Source of the DNA: Sphaerodactylus townsendi
Taxonomy: Eukaryota
Length of the DNA: 64,000 nucleotides
Direction of reading: 5' to 3'
Assembly (NCBI RefSeq): GCF_021028975.2
Contig: NC_059440.1
Coordinates: 27,528,001 to 27,592,000, forward strand
Each line of letters starts with the position of its first letter. The stretch's first letter is position 1. A program made the translations under genes and the position numbers. The notes beneath the pieces were generated by a model that searched no databases, was not told the DNA's origin, and saw nothing but the letters and a program-made list of their open reading frames with translations. This document shows, piece by piece, positions 47,846 through 60,280 of the stretch.

Positions 47846-48366
47846 GAAGAAGAAGAGTTGGATTTATATCCCACCATTCTCTCCTGTAAGGAGTCTCAAA
47901 GGGGCTTACAATGTCCTTTCCCTCCTCCCCCCACAACAAACAGCCTGTGAGGTGGGTGGGGCTGAGAGAGCTCCAAAGAGCTTTGACTAACCCAAGGTCA
48001 CCCAGTTGGCATGTGTTGGAGCGCACAGGCTAATCTAGTTCCCCAGATCTAATTCTCCGCAGCTTCGTGTTGATGTGTTTGGGGCTGTGTAGGGATGGGT
48101 GGAGGAAGGGGAAAGTGAGGATGGGGTATGAGTCTGAAATTGTATGAGTATGATGTATTGTATGAAATTGTATGAGTATGATGTATGAGTCTGAAATTGT
48201 GTGCATCGAGGAATGCTGCTGTAAATTTCGTTGTGCGTGCACAATGACAATAAAATGCTTATGCTTATGCTTATAAGCCTCCACAGCTCAGGTGGCAGAG
48301 CGGGGAATCAAACCCGGTCCCCCAGATTAGAGTGCACCTGCTCTTAACCACTACACCACTGCTGCT
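47846..48366 (-). mobile_element. Squam3-like SINE split by an insertion
   Basis: SINE sequence breaks at CCCCAGAT|AAGCCT. Confidence 0.85.
48049..48274 (+). mobile_element. Rex1/Babar-like LINE 3' end with (ATGCTT)n tail
   Basis: AATTTCGTTGT...ACAATGACAATAAA terminal motif that I recall from Rex1-type LINEs. Confidence 0.65.
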
Positions 48367-49316
48367 CATAGAGAAGTCTATACCTACGGAATACTTAAAC
48401 CATTCCCTCCAACACCTAAAATACATGTTAGAAAGGACACTCCAAATATTCATTCCTCTCTAAACCTTACTCCACGGCGCAAGCTGAAACGATTGTGTAT
48501 TTATGGCATGCTACAAAAAACCCTCTACATGTTGCATCCCCAAGTTTAAGGAAAATAATATTTTAAACAAAAAGATGCAGCTGAGAAAAACGAAGCCTGT
48601 TCCTTTCACAATTTATCGGAGTCAGTTGTCAGCGTGTACCCTTGAGAGATATCGAGCAAGCTTCCATGGCAGAGTGGGGATTCGAACCTGTGTCTGCCAG
48701 ATCCTAGTCCAACGCTCTAACCACTGTGCAACACTGGTTCTTCAGAGCACCCGCTATGCCTGAAGAAAGTCCTTGTTAATCTGCAGTTAAAAGGAAAGAC
48801 ATCTCTACCCGAGACCCTGGTGAGACACTGTCAAAGAGTAGCCAATATGGGGGGTCGACAGACCAATGGGTTGAATTGTCAGAAGGCAGTTCTGTATCCT
48901 AAAATCATATCCCATCTACTCCCCAAACCTCTCAGCAAATACCCGGCTGCTGCAGGGTGACTGCAGGTAATCACACAGCGCCGGCAGCCGTGGGCGGGGA
49001 ATGAGATAATATTCTCAACGCGTCGTTGACAAGGTGAGCCGCTCCACCAACTTTTCTGGAAAGTAGTTGGCTTATGTAACATCTTAACAAGGAGCAACAG
49101 GAGCGATCCTCTTTCCTTCCCTCCCCGCTCAGCAGTAAAGCCTTTAGGGAGTAGGTGTTGAGACTTGGATTGTGCCCACGGTTGGAGCGGGTTCCATGAC
49201 AACGGCTCAAAGCCGTAACGGAAAAGAAACATCAGGCTGATGCACGCTCTCGCTCTTGCTTCTTGGCTGGGAAAATGGTGGGGGGTTTGAAGGGTCAAAC
49301 TGAAGCCCCCCCCCCA

Positions 49317-49390
49317 TCATCATCATCGTTGTTGTTGTTGTTGTTGTTATTGTTGTTATTATTATTAGAAGAGGAGGAGCAGGAGGAGGA
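49317..49390. repeat. Compound trinucleotide microsatellite (CAT)(TTG)(TTA)(GAG)
   Basis: Seen directly; adjoins a SINE tail. Confidence 0.9.
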
Positions 49391-49820
49391 GTTTGGATTC
49401 ATACCCCGGCCTTTCTCTCCTGTAAGGAGACTCAAGGTGGCCTACAAGCTCCTTTCCCTTCCTCTCCCCACAACAGACACCTAGGCCTCTTCCGCACATA
49501 CAGAATAATGCACTTTCAATCCACTTACAAGCTGGATTTTACTGTGCGGAATAGCAAAAGCCACTTGCAAACCATTGTGAAAGTGGATCGAATGGGCGTT
49601 ATTCTGCATGTGTGGAAGGGGCCCTAGCGAGGTTGGTGGGGCTGAGAGTTCTGAGAGAACTGTGACTAGCTCAAGGTCCGCCAGCAGGAATGTAGGAGTG
49701 CAGAAACACATCTGGTTCACCAGATAAGCCTCTGCCACTCAGGTGGAGGAGTGAGGAATGAAACCCGGTTCTCCAGATTAGAATCCACCTGCTCTTAGCC
49801 ACTACACCATTCTGGCTCTC
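49368..49820 (-). mobile_element. Squam3-like SINE split by a MITE
   Basis: SINE body on both sides of 49484-49623. Confidence 0.85.
49484..49623. mobile_element. Palindromic PIF/Harbinger-like MITE
   Basis: TIR GGCCTCTTCC/GGAAGGGGCC; 3-bp TSD CTA. Confidence 0.8.
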
Positions 49821-50855
49821 TACCCGACTGCGCTCCATGGACATTACCAAACTATCTTTAAGGCTGGCAGGGCAAAGGGGCTCAGTTCCTGGCAGTTCCC
49901 TGCTAGCTTGAAGTTCAGCCCCGTTTTGAGTGAACGTGTCACCTGCCAGCATTTGCAACCACAGGTAAAGGAGAGAGCAGGTGTGCCCAATTTTTTTAAG
50001 CCCCTGGGCATGTTTGGAATTCCGACGCTGGGTGGTGGACACAGTCACAAAATGGCTGCCAGATTAGAATCCGCCACTCGTGTGGAAGAGCGGGGAATCA
50101 AACCCGGTTCTCCAGATAAGAGTCCACCTGCTCCTACTACACCACACTGGCGATTACACCCAGGACTTCTATGGACCAAGCTGCCGCTCTGCCTCTAAGT
50201 CACTGCCCTTCCCAGCCACCGCAGCGCAGAACCCACACATCAGAAGTAAGAAGAAGGGCTTACTTCCCAGGGCAGGTAGCCCATCTTTTCCACACCATAA
50301 CTCCATTCTTAGCATTGTAAGAAAAGAACCTCAGTTCTTTGAAAGAGTTAAAGGTTATGGCAGGGTTCCTGAACCCCTTCTGAATCCAAGTCCAAAGCTC
50401 ATTTTTTCCACTGGATACATATCAAGGAAAGCATGGTGCAAACCGATCCAGATTTTCCAATTACAAAGGAAAAACAAGGTTTGGAACCTCCCCCCAGCCC
50501 TGATAGTAGCTAAAGGAAGTCACCATGACATGCAGGAGATTAAATCAACTTCACAGATACGGCACTTGGAATAAACCTTTCTTCTCTGGAGATCTTGGAA
50601 GAATAGGAATTCAACTAGGCAGCAGGAAATGTTTCCACAAGCCACTGTTCTCCCAGGATAGAGAGAGATAATTTTGCTGGATTTTTCTAGAGGTATTTGT
50701 TTTGAAGGAAGACAGGGAGTCATTTTATCAGAAAGCCCTCTGGTCCTGAGAACTACATAGCTGGTCCTGAGAACTACAATCCCCAGGGTCCTTTGTGGCA
50801 AGAAGCACACGCAGGGCACCGTCAGTGTGCTCACCTGAGCTTTACAAAGCGGAAA

Positions 50856-51140
50856 AGAAGAAGAAGAAGAGTTGGATTTATAACCCCCCTTTCTCTCCTG
50901 TAAGGAGACTCAAAGGGGCTTACAAACTCCTTTCCCTTCCCCGCTCACAACGAACACCCTGTGTGGTGGGTAGGGCTGAGAGAGCTCCGACTAGCCCAAG
51001 GTCACCGGGCTGGCATGTGTGGCAGTGCACAGGCTAATCTAGTTCCCCAGATAAGCCTCCACAGCTCAAGTGGCAGAGCGGGGAATCAAACCCAGTTCTC
51101 CAGATTAGAGTGCGCCTGCTCTTAACCAATACGCCACGCT
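50856..51140 (-). mobile_element. Squam3-like SINE
   Basis: Near full-length copy. Confidence 0.85.
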
Positions 51141-51286
51141 GTTAAGAGAACTCGGTGAAAAAGCTTCCAAAGGCTCGGTGAAAAAGCTTGGAATTGCAAA
51201 GCCAATTCCAAGCAGAGCCACAGGAAGTCCGGGCCACCCTATTTCCAGGACTAAATGCAAAGCTTTGTATTTGGGGGGGAACTCAC

Positions 51287-51474
51287 CGGATTGGCTCACC
51301 CTTGAGGAAGCTGTTAAGAGACTTGGCAAGGATGTTTTCAGGGAAAGGAGGACGCCCAGGTTTCTTCTCGATATCGATGTGGGCCGTATTGCATAGCGCA
51401 TGCACCCCTGAATCCGTCCGGCTGGAGACGACAAATTTGATTGGCGTGACGGGTCGGAGTTTCTCTGCCGCTTT
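51287..51474 (-). CDS. PUSL1: PUSL1 coding exon 3 (catalytic Asp)
   Basis: KAAEKLRP...SSRTDSGVHALCN (TruA RTDxGVHA motif); 188 nt. Confidence 0.96.
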
Positions 51475-51728
51475 CTGAAACGTTAACACCAGGGAATGGC
51501 TTGGTCAGGAAATTGAGGCAGAAGGGGATGCTTAATTATCAAGCAGTTTTACAGAAGGTGTGGTGGTCGGAGTCACAAATTTCAGTTTCTTTAAAATACC
51601 ATCTTTCACTGAGAGAAAATAAACGTCTAGTACGATGACCCTTCTGGTTCCTGTTGCTTTTCAAAAATAGCCATTGCAGGCCCAAAGGCATCCAGGAGTT
51701 GGCAGTAAAATGCGGTATGGGTATAGAG

Positions 51729-53044
51729 CAGTGATTCCCAACCAGGGTTCTATGGTACCCTGGGGTACCGTGAGCACGTCCCAGGGGTACCCTGACAATG
51801 CTACTGCCCTCCCTCCCAATGGAATCAAATGGATTTGAGGGAGGGGGTTGGGAGCCTCATGGGCTCCCTTTAAACATTGTTGAAAAGCAGCATTGTTTTG
51901 TTTGCCTAAATTCGGCGTGGATTGGGGGAGATTTAAAGGGAGCTCTCCCTTTAAATCCCCCCAATCCATGCCAAATTTAAACAATGCAACTGTCAACGCT
52001 GCTTTCCCCTGCTTGTCACTACCCCCACCCTCTTCTCCCAGTGTCCCTGGTTGCCGCCCCCCCCCCCACAACAATCACTCATGTAGTAAAAATGCACAGA
52101 TCATCATGGATCCTTCTGATTTTTCCACTTGGTCACCCCAAAATCACCCTCACACCACAGCCCGAGCCCATAGCTACATGTCTGAACACAACAATCATGC
52201 ATCCCACACTCTGTGGTGCCGCAGTGGCGCCAAAAAAGCAGTGGGAGGTGTGGGATGGGGTGATGCTTGCTGTTATGCCCAGCTGGCTCAGTGGTAGAGA
52301 TTTCAGTGGGAGGGGCTGTACTTGCTCAGGGTAGGGGCACCAAATTTTCTGCAGGGCTGCTGGTGAGTCTCCTGAAAGGAACCAGCAAACTTTTTTTGAA
52401 GTTTGTATGGGAGGGGCAAATGTTGAGGACACCCAATTGAAGGTGAAGCTGATATCCACAGAACGAGTGCCCAGCCATCCAAACTTCAGCACAGTTGAAT
52501 GGTTCTTTTTAGGAGACTCATAAGCATCCCTGTGGGAAATTTGGTGCCCCTACAAAAACCCCACCAGAGCCCCCAATAAAATCTCCATCACAGAGCCAGC
52601 TAGGCATAGCAGCAAGCCCCATTGAGGTCTATGGTGGGAAAAAAATTTAGAACTTGGTGACAGAGTCTGGCAGATTCTCTGCTCTGAAGTGGCTCCATTG
52701 CATTTCTGGGGTGTTTGTGGGGTGCACATTTTTCAAGGTAGCACCACCAAACTTTCAGGGTATCTTCAGGAGACTCTTGATGATACCACCCTTTTGGGGG
52801 TCTATAACATGGACCCCCTATTCCAAACCTCACCATACCTGGTGGCATCATCAGGAGAGTCTCCTGAAGATACCCTGAAATTGTGGTGCCGCTTAGCCAC
52901 AATGCATCCCTACAGACTAAAAAAACAGAAAAAAACTCCTAAAAATGCCTCCAAAAAAATCAAACAAAACCTCACAATACCAATTCTGAGATATGAAGAG
53001 CGAGGTCAAGGGTACCACAATGTCGAAAAGGTTGGGAAACACTG
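51729..53044. mobile_element. Non-autonomous hAT element, 1.3 kb
   Basis: TIR CAGTGATTCCCAACC / GGTTGGGAAACACTG; TSD GTATAGAG/GTGTAGAG; GGTACC subterminal repeats. Confidence 0.85.
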
Positions 53045-53049
53045 GTGTA

Positions 53050-53345
53050 GAGGAAGAAGAGTTTGGATTTATACCACCCCCCCTTTCTCTCCTGTAAGAA
53101 GACTCAAGATGGCTCACAAGCTCCTTTCCCTTCCTCTTCCCACAACAGACACCTTGTGAGGTAAGTGAGGCTGAGAGAGCTCCGAAGAACTGTGACTAGC
53201 CCCAGGTCACCCAGCAGGAATGTAGGAGTGCGGAAACACATCTGGTTCACCAGATAAGCCTCTGCCACTCAGGTGGAGGAGTGGGGAATCAAACCCGGTT
53301 CTCCAGATTAGAATCCACTTGCTCTAAACCACTACACAACGCTGC
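53050..53345 (-). mobile_element. Squam3-like SINE
   Basis: Full-length copy. Confidence 0.85.
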
Positions 53346-53394
53346 CTCTAGAGCCCTACAATGCTCCCCCTTTTAAATCTTGCAATTGCAATCT

Positions 53395-54035
53395 TGAGTG
53401 AGTCAAGTATTTATTGTTTGAGCCATTGGCTATAACAATACAGAAATACATGCAGTTAAAACAGTACCTTAGTTAAAACAATAATTTAAATTAAAACAAT
53501 AATTTAGTTTTACATTAAAATATAAATTATTAGTGTTCGCAATCTCTAAATTAAAATGCCCCATCAAATACGTCAGATGTTTTTGCAGCTTCTTCAGCTC
53601 ATCTAAGTTACTCTCCAGTACTTTAGAACATCAGTTCAAACAGCGCTTTAAATACTTTGCTCGTAGTTTCCTAGCTGCCAGGGCAAAAAGAGCCATCTTA
53701 TAAGAAACATAGGAATCCATATCAGATAACAAGAAAATCAGTTTCTCAACATCAGACAAAAAAGCTGTCCTAGGTAGTATTGGCTCCAAAAACCTTTTCC
53801 TTATTTCAGAATATAAAGGACCGGAGAGTATGTAATGGAAGAGATCCTCAGGCTCTTGTTTTCCACAGATACAAAAGCGCTGAGAAAATGGTACTTGTGT
53901 GTATCTGCCACTAAGCACTGCTGAAGGCATTGATTGAAATCTAATAGAAGTATAAGCTATTCTTAGATTTCTTGTTAGTGTAGTGGTCAGAGCCCTTTTA
54001 AATGAAAATGACAATGTCAGAAAGTTGAACTCCAC
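53395..54035 (-). mobile_element. RTE-X-like LINE 3' fragment (C-terminal zinc-knuckle region plus 3'UTR)
   Basis: GRY...RFCICG..EPEDLFHYILSGPLYSEIR (CxC...H...C motif, last Cys mutated); AATAAA and short tail. Confidence 0.75.
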
Positions 54036-54677
54036 ACCACTTGCCCTTCTGCAGAATCACACACGTCCCCACACGCACAAAAATGTTCCAGCAGCGGCAC
54101 AACAGAAAGAACCTCGCGTGCTAACTGGGCGCAAATGCTGAGCATGTTTGCAGCTGACCTCTCCTGTCCTCTCCTGTGCCCTTCTGATGCCCGTCGAGCG
54201 CGTCCCCTCCCCCACGCAATCTGCCACCTTTATTTCCCTCCCCTGTCCCCCCCCCCCCGCATCTGTAATCTGCTAATATTGTTTATGCCGAGTTAAGAAG
54301 AAATACATTATTTACTCATCAGTAACTGTTTGCGTGTCAGCTCCGGCAACTGCAATGCCCTGAAATTCCAATTAATGGTGCGTTGCGCCAAAGGGAAGGG
54401 AAGCGAAGAGCGAGGATCAAGGGTGCTTTGGGTAGGTTTCGAACCCACCGCTGCTTACTCAAGGAGCGTCATTCAGGAACGGACAAATGGCTCAACTGAT
54501 TGAACGCTACATGGTCAAATGTTACCAGAGAAGGAGCCATAAACGGAATAAGGAGGTGACTTTTCCCTTCTTGCTCTGAGCGCACATGCGCGGTTACAGC
54601 CGATGCGTACGAAGGCTTGCTTCATGCACGTAGGTGAACGGGGCAGCCCTGACTGGGAAAAATGGGCTGCATCACTT

Positions 54678-54980
54678 GAGAGTCAGTGTGGCATAGTGGT
54701 TAAGAGCAGGTGCACTCTAATCTGGGGATCCGGGTTTGATTCCCTGCTCTGCCACTTGAATTGTGGGGGCGTACCTGGGGAACTAGATTAGCCTGTGCAC
54801 TCCAACACAAACCAGCTGGTGACCTTGGGTTAGTCATAGCTCTACGGAGCTCTCTCAGCCCCACCTACCTCACAGCATGTTTGTTTGGGGGGCAGGAGGG
54901 AAAGGAGATTGAAAGCCCTTTTGAGTCTCCTACAGGAGAGAAAAGGGGGGGGGGTTATAAATCCAAACTCTTCTTCTTCT
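54678..54980 (+). mobile_element. Squam3-like SINE
   Basis: Full-length copy. Confidence 0.85.
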
Positions 54981-55162
54981 ACCCCGGCCATCTCTGCCAG
55001 AATCGTTTCCCATCCAAATCAGGAGCTCCTCTGTTGTTAGCAGATTGCCCATGGCCACTCGCAAGAACACAGGAGAAAAGGCAGAGTGCTGGAGCCAAAA
55101 TCCAGACCAGGTAGAGGAGACGGCATCACCATTGTGGCCAAAATGCAAGCAACAACATCTTG

Positions 55163-55460
55163 GAGAGCCAGCATGGTGTCGTTGTTAAGAGGAGGTGGAT
55201 TCTAATTTGGAGAACCAGGTTTGATTCCCCCCTCCTCCACCTGAGTGGCAGAGGCTTATCTGGTGAACCAGATGTGTTTCCGCACTCCTACATTCCTGTT
55301 GGGTGACCTGGGGCTAGTCACAGTTCTCTCTGAACTCTCTCAGCCCCACCTACCTCACAGGGTGTTTGTTGTGGGGAGAGGAAGGGAAAGGAGCTTATAA
55401 GCCACCTTGAGCCTCCTTAGAGGAGGGGGGGGAGATACATCCAAACTCTTCTTCTTCTTT
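55163..55460 (+). mobile_element. Squam3-like SINE
   Basis: Full-length copy. Confidence 0.85.
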
Positions 55461-56339
55461 GCAAGAAAGTAAGGATGCCCCTAGAATCCCCCAAAGCTCA
55501 GGGGGAATCCAAGAAACATCCCTCCGGCTCAGAACTCACCATCCCATCCCTGAGCCTCAGAGGACTTGCCAAAGAGGTAGGCACGATGCTGGGAAAATCT
55601 AGAAATTGGGATGGAAAATGTCTGCCTGTAGATGTAGGAGCTGGCCGAGAGCAAGACGTGCATCTCTCTCTTGGAGTGTAAAGAGGAGACGCGTTGCCAG
55701 TTTCGATCCAGGAAAGGGTGGGGAGCCCTTGCACAGCTGTTACCAAAAGGCTGAGAAACTTCTCACCGAAGACTAAACTCGTGTCCCAGTTGGCAGCCAG
55801 AAAAAAAACCACGAAAACTCAGCACCTAATACATTCAAACTCAATCTCCTTCCACTCTCTGCTTTCACGCACCAGGGCCTTTGTGATTATGGAAACGTGA
55901 AGGCCTCCAAAAGGAAGGGAGGGGAGGCGTTTGAAGGGCTGAGTAATTCCTGGCAGGCTTCAGGCAAGTTTGTCGTGATGGTCCTTCAAGGCATTCCAGG
56001 TGGTTCTAATCAAGAGGGCCCTGATTCAGCTCCTCCGACATCAACGCAGCCTCGAGAAAGCCAGGTGTGGCGTTCAGCCGAGAGGGATTGAGCCGCGGAG
56101 GCTGATATAGCAAATGCACTGAACTCATCCGTCCCTGAACCCTTGCTCTGTGGAGACCCTCACACAGAGGTGACATAGAGGGGACAGTTGTCCTATCCAC
56201 ACCTCTCTCAAAAACACATATTGATCCATACACTGTAATAAGCTTTGCTGGATCAACTCAGTGATTAAGTTGGTCATCTTGTTTGCCACATTGTGCAGCC
56301 AGATGCTCTGCCCCCAAAAGGTCTGCAATCAGGGGCATG

Positions 56340-56643
56340 GAAGAAGAAGAGTTTGGATTTATATCCCCCCTTTCTCTCCTGTAAGGAGACTCAAAAGGGC
56401 TTACAATCTCCTTTCCCTTCCCCCCCCCCCATGACAGATACCCTGTGAGGTGGGTGGGGCTGAGAGAGCTCCGTAGAGCTGTGACTAGCCCAAGGTCACC
56501 CAGCTGGCTTGTGTTGAAGTGCACAAGCTAATCTGAATTCCCCAGATAAGCCTCCACAGCTCAGGCAGCAGAGCGGGGAATCAAACCCGGTTCCTCCAGA
56601 TTAGAGCGCACCTGCTCTTAACCACTACGCCACTGCTGCTCCT
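56340..56643 (-). mobile_element. Squam3-like SINE
   Basis: Full-length copy. Confidence 0.85.
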
Positions 56644-57177
56644 CGTTACTGCCCCACGGCAAGACGGTAATGGAGATTCTACTTTGCCATTACAGGCAAT
56701 AGTTTTTGTTGGATCTGTTCTCCAAAAATGCATCGACTATCCTTTTCCTGAGCACAGACAATGGCCACCGATTCTACCAGTTACACTTACAGAAACCTGA
56801 ACCCGACGTTGTAAAATTTTAAAATTATGACACTAAAAACAATAATGTCATTGTTTTGCACTACAGTAGCAGCTGACGGATTTGTTTTTACAAATTAGCC
56901 CAGGTCTCAACCCTGTGAACAGACTCCACCAACCCTTGGCAGGTCAAAATGACCAGGCCTTTGTTTTTTTACCAGTCCAAGTTAATTTAACGTATTTTGT
57001 TAAATAATAGCTGCCCAGCAGGGAGAGGACAAGCTTTTCTAACTGACCCACAAATACACACAAAGGGGGACAAGCCATTTTGTTTCTGGGTGTTTGACAT
57101 TAAGCAAGAATCACACAGCCTGAGGCTGCCACCTAGTCTCTTGAGTTGTCAGGTTAAGGCCTCACAACTCTCTCGGG

Positions 57178-57891
57178 TAGGGCTGCTGGCTTCAGGTTGG
57201 GAAATAGCTGAAATTTTTGGAGGTGGAGCCTGAGGGGGACAGAGTTTGGGGAGGGGAGGGGCCACAATGGGACCTAGGACAGGGTTGGCCAACCTATGGC
57301 GCTCCAGATGGACTACAATTCCCACCAGCCCCTGCCAGCATGGCCAATTGGATATGCTGGCAAGGGCTGATGGGAATTGTAGTCCATGAACATCTGGAGC
57401 GCCATAGGGCCATGGAGTCCATCCTTCCAAAAGGCCATTTTCTCCTCAGTGGGTTTTAATGCCATAGAGTCTACCCTACGAAGCGGCCATTTCCCCTTCA
57501 GTGGGTTCTAATGCCATAGAGTCCACCCTACGAAGTGGCCATTTCCCCTTCAGCGGGGTTCTACTGCGATAGAGTCCACCCTACAAAGCGGCCATTTCCC
57601 CTTCAGTGGGTTCTACTGCCATAGAGTCCACCCTACGAAGCGGCCATTTCCCTTTCAGTGGGTTCTACTGCCAAAGAGTCCACCCTACGAAGCAGCCATT
57701 TCCCCTTCAGTGGGTTCTACTGCCATAGAGTCTACCCTACGAAGCGGCCATTTCCCCTTCAGTGGGTTCTACTGCCATAGAGTCCACCCTACGAAGTGGC
57801 CATTTTCTCCAGGTGAACTGATCTCTACCACCTGGACATGAGTTACAAGACCAGGAAATCTCCAGCCATTATCTGGAGGTTGGCAGCCCTA
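57178..57891. mobile_element. Non-autonomous element (TAGGGCTGC/GCAGCCCTA termini) containing a nested hAT MITE (57280-57408) and a minisatellite
   Basis: Terminal inverted repeat; similar to 1790-1980 and 63540-63670. Confidence 0.7.
57409..57811. repeat. 52-bp minisatellite, 7 full units plus a partial unit
   Basis: Units start at 57409, 57461, 57513, 57566, 57618, 57670, 57722, 57774. Confidence 0.95.
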
Positions 57892-58733
57892 TTCCCACCT
57901 CAGCCTCTGAGATTGGCAGGCAGTATTAAGCCTCAGGCTTGGCTTCTGGTCTTGTTCTGTCCGCAGGGCAAAGCTGAAGTGACAGGATGCACCTTCCAGG
58001 TCTGGATCCTCGTATGACCATCAGTGGGGGACGTCCAGCTGTGATTTGTACCACCAGAAAAACAACCGCTTCCCGCCAGTCTGAACTACAGCCTGGGACA
58101 GAACACACAGGGAGGGCAGGTCATTGGGGGGTGATGCACCCACCTTCTTGCCTTATGCTGTGACCACCTGGCTCCCAGGGATGACGACTTAGCAGACGTG
58201 AGTCGTCCCCTTCAGAAAAGCAACAGGATTACGCTGCCTTCTATCAGGCCAGCGGCCTTTGTCAGCTCCAGTTGGGAACTTTGCCACGGTGGCTTTGAGA
58301 AGCAAAATCGTGTGTCTGCTCGAAACCGAGCTCCTGGCTGGGCCTCCGCACCATATGCCGCTAGAAAGCCAGTTTGTATTTTCAGGGCTCTCATCCTCTC
58401 TAACTGCTCTCACTCCCGCTGTGCTACACGGACCGGACCGGCTGCTCCGGGCACAGATCTGGAGGGCGGACACGGAGGAAAGCGACTCCTTCCCACTGAA
58501 GTTTGGCTCGGATCTCGTCGAGCAATGTCGACCGGCATCTGCTCTATACCGCTTCAGGCTGCAGGCAAGCGCCCTTGAGATGGAATACTCACAAATCCTG
58601 AAAATTAGCATGTCATGGAAAAGCCTTTTCTTTACAGGCACGCTTGTTTTCCTCTACGGAGGGATGGCACAGGAAGTGGCGCCGTTCTGTCATGTGACTT
58701 CCCCTCTCAAGTCTAAAGTGATACAGTCCAGAC

Positions 58734-59047
58734 CAGTGTTTACCAACCTTTTCGATGCCCCGGTACCCTTGACCTCACTCTTCATATCTCACGGTACCCC
58801 TGCCACCCCCCCCCCACCTTCCCCTCCCAGTGCCCCTGCTTGCACCACCCCCCACCTTCCCCTCCCAGGGTGAAGGGAAGAACTGGGCGGGGGGGGGGGC
58901 AGGAAGTGGCTGCTGACCTTGTGGCAGGCCCTGCCCCGAGCCAGCTCCATGTTCTTGCTGGCGCCGGCAGGAGACACCACAAAAGTGAGGGGGGTAGCAT
59001 TGCCACGGTACCCCAGGGTACCACGGAACCCTGGTTGAAAATCACTG
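58734..59047. mobile_element. Short hAT element of the same family as 51729-53044, opposite orientation
   Basis: TIRs CAGTGTTTACCAACC / GGTTGAAAATCACTG; perfect TSD GTCCAGAC. Confidence 0.9.
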
Positions 59048-59229
59048 GTCCAGACCATACTTGGTTGGCCTCTACGAGTCAGCCAGTCAATCTCTCCCAC
59101 AGAGAAAGAAAATGTATACATTCCTGTTCTCCCAACAACCTCTTTTTAACGCATGTCTTGTGACCTTCCCCCACGGACACATCAGATTGTCCAATCCCCC
59201 ACCTCAAAACCCACAGTCAAAGCACATAC

Positions 59230-59287
59230 CTCTAGGTAATTCTGCACTCCCAGCACAGCCTGGTGAGGGGGAACGGCCATCACGCCA
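59230..59287 (-). CDS. PUSL1: PUSL1 coding exon 2
   Basis: GVMAVPPHQAVLGVQNYLE; TTTTCAG acceptor, GTATGT donor; 58 nt. Confidence 0.92.
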
Positions 59288-59439
59288 CTGAAAACGAAAC
59301 AAAGAACCCGTCATTTGAAAACTGACAGCCATGCCGGCCAATACGCATGCTGAAAACGAGACCGGCGCTGCTTTGACAAATCAGACTGCAGGCCATCTGC
59401 TCCAGTATTCTGTTTCCAGCAGAGGACAGCTGAATACCT

Positions 59440-59685
59440 TTAAAAGGGGCTTGGACAGATTTATGGAGGAGAAGTCGATTTATGGCTACCAATCTTGATC
59501 CTCTTTGATCTGAGATTGCAAATGCCTTAACAGACCAGGTGCTCGGGAGCAACAGTTGCAGAAGGCCATTGCTTTCACATCCTGCATGTGAGCTCCCAAA
59601 GGCACCTGGTGGGCCACTGCGAGTAGCAGAGAGCTGGACTAGATGGACTCTGGGTCTGATCCAGCTGACTTGTTCTTATGTTCTT
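59440..59685 (+). mobile_element. CR1 3' fragment
   Basis: Reverse complement of the 22483 copy; TTCTTATGTTCTT tail. Confidence 0.85.
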
Positions 59686-60280
59686 CAGGAATTCCACAGC
59701 ATGAAGATGGTGGCATTCCCCTCCTTTACACAACATGCTATCTGCGGGTATGCAATTTCTGTCCATGGAGGTTCTGTTTTACTATCACAGATAGCAGCTC
59801 TCCCTTGCCTGAATTGAGTATATGTGCAAACATGAATACGAAACCAACGACGGCGGACGAATAACAAACATTTGAAGAGAGGAAGTTTTTAAACTGAGCA
59901 TCCTTAAGGGTTGGTTCAGTTAACTATCTTGCCCCAAACGTCAACCTAGTGTTCATGTGTACTACTTCACCTAAAAAATAATGTTACCCCTACGTGTCAC
60001 CATAAACAGCCTTCTAGATAGCTCGCAAATTTCATCAAAAGTATAACAAATTTACTACACAGAGTTGACAAATGTTTCAGCTGCTTCTGCCCAATCCCCA
60101 AGTTGTCCTTTCTAGGCCTTCCCTTCCCCTAAGACCATTTACACTCAATAGCCAGGCGTTATCATATTCACAGTCTCACAACCACCCTGCAAGGCAGACC
60201 AGCATTATTATTCCCATGTTCCAGTTGAGAGAGCTGAGGTCCAGAGAGGGTGATTTGTCTAAGATCACCAAATACCCTAT

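Noticed and set aside
50739-50785. 21-bp tandem duplication CTGGTCCTGAGAACTACA
   Set aside because: Ordinary slippage within a decayed repeat end
53631-54035. 134-aa Cys/His-containing ORF as a nested gene
   Set aside because: Matches a LINE C-terminal zinc-knuckle pattern, is 5' truncated and carries a 3' tail
57409-57811. Regular repeat array as a possible CRISPR
   Set aside because: Head-to-tail units with no unique spacers, in a vertebrate genome with no cas genes
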